In this document: positions 17,836-23,961 of the stretch, piece by piece
Numbering within the stretch: position 1 is the first letter of the stretch
Layout of the letters: each line of letters starts with the position of its first letter
From: an uncultured Candidatus Saccharibacteria bacterium
GTDB taxonomy: Bacteria; Patescibacteriota; Saccharimonadia; Saccharimonadales; CAZARM01
Direction: 5' to 3'
Length of the DNA: 64,000 nt
Assembly (NCBI GenBank): GCA_964487615.1
Contig: CAZARM010000003.1
Location: 2,339 to 66,338 of the forward strand
Notes under the pieces: model-generated
Databases searched by the model: none
What the model was told of the DNA's origin: nothing
What the model saw: the letters and a program-made list of their open reading frames with translations, nothing else
Made by a program: the position numbers and the translations under genes

Positions 17836-19194
17836 ATGGGCTTTAGATCTGTTGTTAAGAGAGTTGTTCCCCGGGCCACGTTTCAGAAAATTGAGCCTCT
17901 AGGGCACAAGAGCGAAGCGGTTATGTGGAATGTTAAAAACGGCTGGCCAGGCAGGGGTGTCAAGTTTATAGGAGTTACGGGCACTAACGGCAAAACCAGT
18001 ACCTGCTTCATGATCCACCGAATGCTGAGCGAAGCTGGATACAAAGTTGGGCTGATGACCACTGTGGCGCATGGGGTGGGCAATAACATCCAACCTCAGG
18101 TTGAGCATATGACAACCGTATCCGTGCCACTGCTTCATAAACGGATCAAAGAAATGAAGGCCAAAGGTGCCGAGTGGATTGTTTTTGAGGTCACTAGCCA
18201 CGCCCTGGCTCAGGGGCGAACCATTGGTATTCCATTTGAAATAGCCGTGATGACCAATGTTACGCATGAACACTTGGATTATCACGGGACGTTTGAAAAG
18301 TACCTAGACGCCAAGCGATTGTTATTCAAGCAGACTGACCGTAATCAGCAGGGAATGCGGGTAGGCATAGCAAATGCCGACGATCCAAATGGCAAGCTTT
18401 TTGCTAGCGATGTCAAAAACCCAATTTTATATGGCATTAACGGAGGTGATTTACGAGCTAAGGACGTTAAATTATCACCAGCGGGCAGCACATTTACGGC
18501 CAAATTAGGCACCAATGAATACCAGATTAAGTGCCACCTGCCAGGGTCTTTTAATGTTTCAAATGCCCTGGCCGCTATAGGCGTGGGGCAAGCGTTAGGA
18601 TTGAGCATAATACAGATAGAGCAGGGAATTGCGGCACTCAAGGCTGTTGAAGGCCGGATGACCCGCATTGACGAGGGTCAAGATTTTGACGTGATTGTCG
18701 ATTATGCCCACACACCAGACAGCTTTGAGAAGTTATTTAAAGATTTGAAGCCAGTGGTGAAGGGCAAATTGATTGCCGTCTTTGGTTCAGCTGGCCGCCG
18801 TGATGAGGCTAAAAGAGCAGTGCAGGGCAAGATAGCCGGCCGATATGCCGACGAAGTGGTGTTAACAGAGGAGGATGACCGTGACATTGACGGACATGAA
18901 ATTATGGATCAGATTGCTAAAGGCGCTCAGGAATCGGGCAAAGTACGGGACAAAGATTTGTTTCTGGTACACGACCGTACAGAGGCTATCAAGTTTGCAG
19001 TCAAGCGAGCACAAAAAGGTGACACCGTTATCTTGCTAGGTAAGGGGCACGAGAAAGACATCCTCCGTAACGGTCCTAAGGCGGCCGAGCTGCGTCACTT
19101 ACAACAGGACGACCACAACCCTGACCGCGTCGTCGAATTCCCTTGGGACGAAATCGCTACCGCTCACGAAGTCTTGAAAAATATCTTGAAATAG
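17836..19194 (+). CDS. murE: Mur ligase family protein (MurE-like UDP-MurNAc-tripeptide synthetase)
   Basis: P-loop GVTGTNGKTST, DYAHTPDS, and a C-terminal Mur ligase domain. The N-terminal domain is short, so substrate specificity is uncertain. Confidence 0.7.
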   Translation: MGFRSVVKRVVPRATFQKIEPLGHKSEAVMWNVKNGWPGRGVKFIGVTGTNGKTSTCFMIHRMLSEAGYKVGLMTTVAHGVGNNIQPQVEHMTTVSVPLLHKRIKEMKAKGAEWIVFEVTSHALAQGRTIGIPFEIAVMTNVTHEHLDYHGTFEKYLDAKRLLFKQTDRNQQGMRVGIANADDPNGKLFASDVKNPILYGINGGDLRAKDVKLSPAGSTFTAKLGTNEYQIKCHLPGSFNVSNALAAIGVGQALGLSIIQIEQGIAALKAVEGRMTRIDEGQDFDVIVDYAHTPDSFEKLFKDLKPVVKGKLIAVFGSAGRRDEAKRAVQGKIAGRYADEVVLTEEDDRDIDGHEIMDQIAKGAQESGKVRDKDLFLVHDRTEAIKFAVKRAQKGDTVILLGKGHEKDILRNGPKAAELRHLQQDDHNPDRVVEFPWDEIATAHEVLKNILK

Positions 19195-19212
19195 TGTAAA
19201 GTATTGCTTCCA

Positions 19213-19473
19213 ATGCCTATAGAGACGCAAAAATTAGTCGATTTTCAGAATCAGTTAGCGCGTGATTATAATGCTAGGCGCGAACAACACTTGGCTCGCA
19301 TAATTGAACTCGGTTCGCCCCCTGTTGGCAGTAATCCAGAAATTGATACTTTATCAGCTGAATTTACAGGTGAGAAGAGGACCCTAGATGCCCTAGCAGC
19401 ATTTATCATCACAGAGGCGGCTGACTCAGTAGGCCATCTGGAACCTCACATCTTGGGCGAACCAAACGAGTAA
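19213..19473 (+). CDS. hypothetical protein
   Basis: The track ORF starts at TTG 19204; ATG 19213 (MPIETQK...) is more likely. No recognisable motif. Confidence 0.45.
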   Translation: MPIETQKLVDFQNQLARDYNARREQHLARIIELGSPPVGSNPEIDTLSAEFTGEKRTLDALAAFIITEAADSVGHLEPHILGEPNE

Positions 19474-19560
19474 TTCAAAAGTTGACAAAACTGCAAACAT
19501 TTGTTATAGTGTAAGTAAGATTTACTAAATAAAAATCTACAAAAACAAAGGATCGAAGAA

Positions 19561-19782
19561 ATGAGCACTGACACACAAGCACTAGTTACTGAGCAGTCTG
19601 CTGAAGCAGAAGTACAAACTAACGAAGCTGCACAGGCTACAGCCGATGCTGAATTGGGGCACAAAGCTCTAGAACTGGTACAGCTTCCAGACGGAACTGT
19701 GACTACCAAGTCTGAGGTTGATGCATCAATCGCTGCTGGTGAAGAACAGAGTGGTCCTTACGGCGGCCATAATCAGCGCTAG
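19561..19782 (+). CDS. hypothetical small acidic protein
   Basis: 73 aa with AAAGGA upstream. The antisense ORF 19446..19709 is Cys/Ser-rich and was rejected. Confidence 0.45.
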   Translation: MSTDTQALVTEQSAEAEVQTNEAAQATADAELGHKALELVQLPDGTVTTKSEVDASIAAGEEQSGPYGGHNQR

Positions 19783-19800
19783 CAACCAACTTAGCTGATT

Positions 19801-19828
19801 AAAAAGACCTGCAGCAGCAGGTCTTTTT
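19801..19828. terminator. bidirectional intrinsic terminator
   Basis: AAAAAGACCTGC-AGCA-GCAGGTCTTTTT. Confidence 0.8.
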
Positions 19829-20729
19829 AATCATTATCTAGCGTCAAAGTAGTGCAGCGGATGAAGCCGCCGCCTTTACGCAGCTCGGTAATATCCGGAG
19901 TAATGACTTTGAATCCGCGTTTTTCTAGCTCGGCTTGGAAACGGGGGGCATTATTGCTCATTACTACGGTTTCACCAGTCGATACTAAGTTCAGGGCTAA
20001 GCCTGTTCTGGCCTCCTGGCGGCTTACCTCAATCTTATCTACACCATCAAAGTTATGAAGTTTCCGGCGACTTGCAGCGGTAAACACCTCTGGGCACCAA
20101 GCGATAAGACTTTTATGGCCAGCTTCCGGTCCTCTCAAAACGGCCAGTGCCAAGTCTAAGTCGTAGTAGTAGCTATCTGTCCAGCCCGTCTGCTTGTTGA
20201 TAACCCGCGGTCCTAGACCAAACAGTCGGCGCTTGGGGATGGTTTGTAAGCCGATAACTTCGTAACCTAGAGTTTTTGCAATAAAATCTTGGACAGCAAC
20301 ATCTGTACGGTACTCTGAACCCATGAACAAGTAATTGCCGCATGGGAGGGCGTCTCCCTGGCCGCTGAAGCGTAGTCCTGCCGGAACTTTAATAATAGTT
20401 TTGCCCAAAGCTTTCAGAACTGTCTCGGCATACGATTCCTCAGCTTGGCGTTGCTTTGGTAGGGAAGACATGACCGCAGTTTCACGCCTGATTAGAGCCC
20501 AGTTGGCCGCGTAAACACCGTCCTGACAATCAACCGGTGGATCAACAGAAACCACCCGTATCCCGGCCATTTCTACAGCTTCCTTAATGGCGTGGTGTTC
20601 GGCCACGGCTTGGTTAACATTAATTGGAACCTTGGAATCCATATGGGCATTGATGGCGAATTCGTCGCTGAAATACTGAGCACCAGACATCAAAACTGTG
20701 CGATTGATCATTACGCCCAATTGTAGCAA
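19827..20729 (-). CDS. guanidino-group-modifying enzyme (amidinotransferase / DDAH / arginine-deiminase superfamily)
   Basis: 300 aa. The C-terminal GGGFIRCTTL resembles the catalytic Cys motif of this superfamily. It is shorter than a canonical ArcA. Confidence 0.6.
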   Translation of the reverse strand: MLQLGVMINRTVLMSGAQYFSDEFAINAHMDSKVPINVNQAVAEHHAIKEAVEMAGIRVVSVDPPVDCQDGVYAANWALIRRETAVMSSLPKQRQAEESYAETVLKALGKTIIKVPAGLRFSGQGDALPCGNYLFMGSEYRTDVAVQDFIAKTLGYEVIGLQTIPKRRLFGLGPRVINKQTGWTDSYYYDLDLALAVLRGPEAGHKSLIAWCPEVFTAASRRKLHNFDGVDKIEVSRQEARTGLALNLVSTGETVVMSNNAPRFQAELEKRGFKVITPDITELRKGGGFIRCTTLTLDND

Positions 20730-20765
20730 ACAGCTCTAGGCCAAGTTAGATTTCTAACATAGCTG

Positions 20766-20793
20766 TTGCACAAGCACATTTTGAGGGTATAAT
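20766..20793 (+). promoter_or_regulatory. sigma70-type promoter of GC-rich unit A
   Basis: TTGCAC (20766-20771), 16-nt spacer, TATAAT (20788-20793). Confidence 0.55.
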
Positions 20794-21002
20794 AAGCACT
20801 AATTTAATTGAGCCAGGTGTCTTAAATTAGTACACCGACCCGGTTGAAGGTTTAGGGGTTGCCTTGAGCCTATTCAGCGTTCGGCGATCTCTAGCACTTT
20901 GAAAATGTGTAAGCTACATGGCCGGCATTTGATCGTTGCTCGCGATTAATTGCCGACCATGTATAGGATCCCAACCACCAACCAGAGGAGACAGCAACGT
21001 CC

Positions 21003-21122
21003 ATGAGCAAGCTGCAGGGTAGGCAGACCAACAACAAGGCACGCCGCAAGGGTGTCGTGAAGGCCAACCCCAACCGTCGCACCTCGCGTGCGCTCAACCA
21101 GCAGGGCAAGGGCAGGCGATGA
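21003..21122 (+). CDS. possible 39-aa Arg/Lys-rich peptide inside unit A
   Basis: MSKLQGRQTNNKARRKGVVKANPNRRTSRALNQQGKGRR. GAGGAG lies 12 nt upstream. GC by codon position in my hand count is about 56/51/87% (GC3 34 of 39). Confidence 0.3.
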   Translation: MSKLQGRQTNNKARRKGVVKANPNRRTSRALNQQGKGRR

Positions 21123-21145
21123 AGCCACACAGCAAAGACATCAGG

Positions 21146-21256
21146 ATGCCCCAGCGCCCAGACCCCCGCACCAGCCTGATCCGCGGATCGCAGATCATCG
21201 GCTCCCGACCCCTCGGCGGCAACAGCACTTCTCGCGGCCAGCAGGCGCGCGGGTAA
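21146..21256 (+). CDS. possible 36-aa peptide inside unit A
   Basis: MPQRPDPRTSLIRGSQIIGSRPLGGNSTSRGQQARG. GC3 is 31 of 36 by hand count. The SD is weak. Confidence 0.2.
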   Translation: MPQRPDPRTSLIRGSQIIGSRPLGGNSTSRGQQARG

Positions 21257-21466
21257 CCGCACAACCACAACAGAGACAGGAGGTTGCCCATGGGTAGATG
21301 ATATTGCTCATCTCGTCGCCCTAAAATACGGGAAAGGATTGCCGGCTGGCACACGCACGATGGTGGACAGGCCTCCGGTCGTTCAACCCCTCACCGCGCC
21401 AGCCGGCAATCCTCACCGCCCACCACCCGATCCAACTTACACATTTTCAATTTCACCATAGCTACT

Positions 21467-21490
21467 AAGACGCCAGTCAGGGCGTTTTTT
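21467..21490 (+). terminator. intrinsic terminator of unit A
   Basis: AAGACGCC-AGTCAG-GGCGTTTT with a T6 run. It is not T-rich on the other strand. Confidence 0.7.
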
Positions 21491-21510
21491 AGTTTATGAA
21501 CATAAGTTTT

Positions 21511-21539
21511 TTGCTTCTTTACAAAAACAGGTGTATAAA
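21511..21539 (+). promoter_or_regulatory. sigma70-type promoter of GC-rich unit B
   Basis: TTGCTT (21511-21516), 17-nt spacer, TATAAA (21534-21539). Confidence 0.5.
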
Positions 21540-21636
21540 AAAAGTAATTCAATGAGAGGCAAGTTTTAAAAAGCAGAAATCGAATTGAAGGATTTGCATC
21601 CTGGAGCTCGTTGGGAGTTCGGAAGCAATGTACTTT

Positions 21637-22200
21637 GAGATTGTGTAGAACCGTTGTCGGCAGGTATTCGTAAACGTTATTTATGAGTAGCTGCCGACAA
21701 CGGAGTCGGAACTGCTAGCGTTCTATCCATCCACCACCGCTCGTCCGAAGGAAATCGAACCTTCAGGAAGGGACAATCTGTGGCACACAAGGGCAACACA
21801 AGACCCGCAAACAAAAAGGGTCGCTGGGGAAGCAAGCACAAGTACGGAAGGCCAGCCGAATTCGGCCAGGAGCGTCGGCAAGCTCGAAGGTTCAACCCAC
21901 CTCCGTGCTACTCCACTCTGTGGGTGCCCGGCCGTGACTGCGTCTTGTTCCTGCCCTGGACCATCGTTCCCATGTTCGTAGCACCCTTCGGGAGGTACGC
22001 CTAAGTCAACAACCGACACCACCTGAGGGACGAAGCAGCGACATCGCTCGCCGCGTACTGTCGGTAGCTTCGTCTATTGAGGGGACGTGAGGGTTGCTGG
22101 ATGTGCGCCGGTAGAACAGATGACTGCGTAGGACATTCGTCCTTGCATCCGTTCCCCGCGCCACCAGCAACCCCGTTCCATCTCATTCCTACACAATCTC
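21637..22200 (+). ncRNA. candidate large structured RNA, unit B (paralog of unit A; the transcript probably spans about 21546-22250)
   Basis: A 12-bp perfect helix pairs 21637-21648 with 22189-22200. A 13-bp perfect hairpin forms at 21651-21663/21691-21703. Further helices form at 22029-22036/22067-22074 and 22091-22100/22164-22173. There is a C(UUCG)G hairpin near 21985-21992. C-rich tracts are homologous to those of unit A. Confidence 0.55.
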
Positions 22201-22216
22201 TTTAATCCTGAAAATC

Positions 22217-22250
22217 AAAATATCCGCGACAAACGTTGCGGATATTTTTA
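22217..22250. terminator. bidirectional intrinsic terminator shared by unit B (+) and the convergent unit C (-)
   Basis: AAAATATCCGC-GACAAACGTT-GCGGATATTTTT; A/T runs on both sides. Confidence 0.75.
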
Positions 22251-22254
22251 ATTG

Positions 22255-22429
22255 CTAAATATGTGGAGGATGGGCTTGGTTTTCTAGGGTGTTGTGATTG
22301 CGGGAGGAGAGGGGTGGTGGCGAATGGCCAACGACACTCTTCTACTTCGGCAAAACCCGAAAACCAAGCCCGGGTACCCGGTAGGGGCGTGCACGCCATT
22401 GTGCTCACCCATACCGGGGTCCGGTGTTC
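22255..22429 (-). other. GC-rich structured region downstream of ORF 22430..22819 (3' UTR or remnant of a third RNA unit)
   Basis: 13-bp perfect helix at 22272-22284/22359-22371. A GGCGTGCACGCC palindrome is present. The minus strand carries CGCCACCACCCC (complement of 22302-22322), resembling the C-rich tracts of units A and B. Confidence 0.4.
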
Positions 22430-22819
22430 CTACGAGACGCCGAGGCGGCTCTGTGCTGCGGTGGCCCGCTTCTTGTTGACCGACTCGGCCTTGTGCTTGG
22501 CGACCTTGATGATCGCTGCGTGCTGGTCGGACATGAAGTTCTTCCACTTCTCGTCGCTGAGCTGCTGTTGCGGCTTGACCTTGGCTTCGAGCCAGCCGTC
22601 GTTCTTGACCTCAGCGTGTGACACGGCGGCCATGGCTTTGACCGTAGTGCAAACCCGCTCTTGATCTTCGCGTGACAGTCCGAAACCATTGAGATCGATC
22701 TTGATCTCACCCGCTCCGGAGCCAGCTGTCAAAAATGCCACAATGCCTTCTTTCCCCTGTGTTCGGTCCTTGTAGGAATTGGACCCAAAAACAATACCAT
22801 AAAAACTATTTATTGACAA
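22430..22819 (-). CDS. hypothetical protein with foreign (GC3-rich) codon usage
   Basis: The coordinates given are the track ORF, which starts at TTG 22819. That TTG sits inside a promoter-like TTGTCA-17-TATTGT. The more likely start is GTG 22741, preceded by GGGGAAAGAAGG. The last 92 codons have about 80% GC3 by hand count. No family recognised. Confidence 0.55.
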   Translation of the reverse strand: MSINSFYGIVFGSNSYKDRTQGKEGIVAFLTAGSGAGEIKIDLNGFGLSREDQERVCTTVKAMAAVSHAEVKNDGWLEAKVKPQQQLSDEKWKNFMSDQHAAIIKVAKHKAESVNKKRATAAQSRLGVS

Positions 22820-22847
22820 TAGTAAGGAAATTTGTTCTTATATATAT

Positions 22848-23570
22848 ATGATGCCCTTATTTGAAGATGAATCAAATTTTGAACAAGAACCAGGTTCTTT
22901 AGACGACTATAATCGTGAAGGCCTGCGAGTATTGCATGAAACTCAGTCTGTTTTAACTGAAAAAATGATCGACACCGCATTCTTGGCGATTAAATTATTA
23001 TGGAAAGAGCAAGACGAAGAATTCGACAGATTAGGTGCGGAGGGCTGGCCAGAGGGCGAAGAGTTAAAATATAAAGTCATGGAAGACCCTCATGGTTTTC
23101 CTTTTGAAGAAGACCACACAACAAGGGCGCTCTCCATGCTACTTAGGCCAAAAGTGTCGGAGTCAGTAGACCCCGTGGACATTAATCCTAACGATGCCAC
23201 GCTAGAAAAGCTCAAAGTATTTGTGCCAATACCCCAAGATACAGCTCTCAGTGAAAATTTTCTGGTTGACGAATTACCTAAGCCTAAAGAGATCGGTATC
23301 GCCTACACCACCCCTGAAGGGCTAGTTTGCAGCTATGTCATCAATAAATTAAAGGTATTGCCATTTGTGAGTGCTTTTGATGGTGATGATGTAGAAATAG
23401 CTCCGCTTGAAGAAACGCCCGATATTGTAATGGATGAGTTGTCAGGAGATCCTGCAGTCATGAGGGTTGAGGCCCCTCTGGTGGCCGATCTTTTCACTAA
23501 GCTTTTACAGTGGAAAGCGGTTGTCCAGCGAGTGTCAGCAGTCGGTGACCCTGAAGTCCACGACCTGTAA
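22848..23570 (+). CDS. hypothetical acidic protein
   Basis: 240-aa ORF in AT-rich native-looking sequence. No motif recognised. Confidence 0.55.
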   Translation: MMPLFEDESNFEQEPGSLDDYNREGLRVLHETQSVLTEKMIDTAFLAIKLLWKEQDEEFDRLGAEGWPEGEELKYKVMEDPHGFPFEEDHTTRALSMLLRPKVSESVDPVDINPNDATLEKLKVFVPIPQDTALSENFLVDELPKPKEIGIAYTTPEGLVCSYVINKLKVLPFVSAFDGDDVEIAPLEETPDIVMDELSGDPAVMRVEAPLVADLFTKLLQWKAVVQRVSAVGDPEVHDL

Positions 23571-23588
23571 AAATACCGCATCGATTTC

Positions 23589-23618
23589 TTGACAGAGTAT
23601 TCTAAAATTGGCTATCAT
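23589..23618 (+). promoter_or_regulatory. groESL promoter
   Basis: TTGACA (23589-23594), 18-nt spacer, TATCAT (23613-23618). Confidence 0.6.
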
Positions 23619-23627
23619 AGGGGTTGA

Positions 23628-23654
23628 TTGGCACTTTCATGGTGAGAGTGCTAA
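23628..23654 (+). promoter_or_regulatory. CIRCE operator (HrcA-binding inverted repeat)
   Basis: TTGGCACTT-N9-GAGTGCTAA versus consensus TTAGCACTC-N9-GAGTGCTAA. It lies between the promoter and the groES SD (GGAGGA). Confidence 0.8.
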
Positions 23655-23684
23655 AAAATTCTTTAGGAACTAGAGGAGGAACAG

Positions 23685-23951
23685 ATGAGTGTAAAAATTC
23701 AACCTTTGGCTGATTATATCGTAGCAGTTGCCGAAGAAGCGACGGCCAAGACCGCCAGTGGCTTATTTCTAACCCAAGCCGCCCAGGAAAAACCTAAAGT
23801 CGCCAAGGTGGTCGCCGTGGGCAAAAAAGTGACCGAAGTAAAAGCTGGCGACCGGATTATTTATGGTGGTTACAGCAACGAAGGTGTCAAGCACGAAGGC
23901 AAAGAATATTTGCTTATCAAATCAGAGAATATTTACGCGATTGTAAAGTAG
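23685..23951 (+). CDS. groES: co-chaperonin GroES
   Basis: 88 aa. IQPLADYIVAV...GLFL...GKVVAVG...GDRIIYGGY. It sits immediately upstream of groEL. Confidence 0.95.
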   Translation: MSVKIQPLADYIVAVAEEATAKTASGLFLTQAAQEKPKVAKVVAVGKKVTEVKAGDRIIYGGYSNEGVKHEGKEYLLIKSENIYAIVK

Positions 23952-23961
23952 GAGATTATAT

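Larger units (their letters stand above)
20899..21450 (+). ncRNA. candidate large structured RNA, unit A (coordinates are the terminal helix; the transcript probably spans about 20800-21490)
   Basis: A 15-bp perfect helix pairs 20899-20913 with 21436-21450. A hairpin forms at 20915-20927/20951-20963. A 16-bp perfect helix forms at 21335-21350/21398-21413. The unit also has C-rich CCACCA tracts, its own promoter and its own terminator. Lines inside count 63-70% GC. The only ORFs are short. Confidence 0.55.

Noticed and set aside
20899-22200. The GC-rich units might be the genome's RNase P RNA, tmRNA, SRP RNA or 6S RNA, since a helix pairing the 5' and 3' ends is typical of RNase P and tmRNA.
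   Set aside because: By eye there is no GAGGAAAGUCC / ACAGAAnCCGGCUUA pair (RNase P). There is no tRNA-like acceptor plus T-arm ending in CCA, and no tag ORF ending in ALAA (tmRNA). There is no GGAAGCAG-type SRP domain IV motif. The weak resemblances (AGGAAATCG at about 21755, AGATGACTG at about 22118) do not give a consistent P2/P4 pairing. Two paralogous copies in tandem would also be odd for these RNAs. This still needs cmscan to exclude formally.
20899-22200. The units might be MITE-like non-autonomous transposons with 12-15 bp terminal inverted repeats, ORF-less group II introns, or a retron msr/msd.
   Set aside because: There are no target-site duplications. Sequence conservation between the two units extends outside the inverted repeats into the leader (TTGAAGG, GTTCGG, ACTTTGA) and the downstream flank. 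The interiors are not near-identical copies. There is no domain V-like AGC...bulge hairpin and no GUGYG 5' end. No reverse transcriptase or transposase gene is present in the window.
20891-22710. Numerous 60-142 aa ORFs on both strands in the track (e.g. 20891..21268 -, 21088..21297 +, 21723..22022 -, 22236..22664 +, 22405..22710 -).
   Set aside because: They are mutually overlapping and rich in Arg/Pro/Ala/Gly/Ser, and they lack SD sequences. One that I checked (22001..22186 -) has GC3 of about 61%, equal to bulk composition. This is the expected by-product of stop-poor high-GC sequence. Only 22430..22819 (-) and the two short GC3-rich ORFs in unit A were kept.
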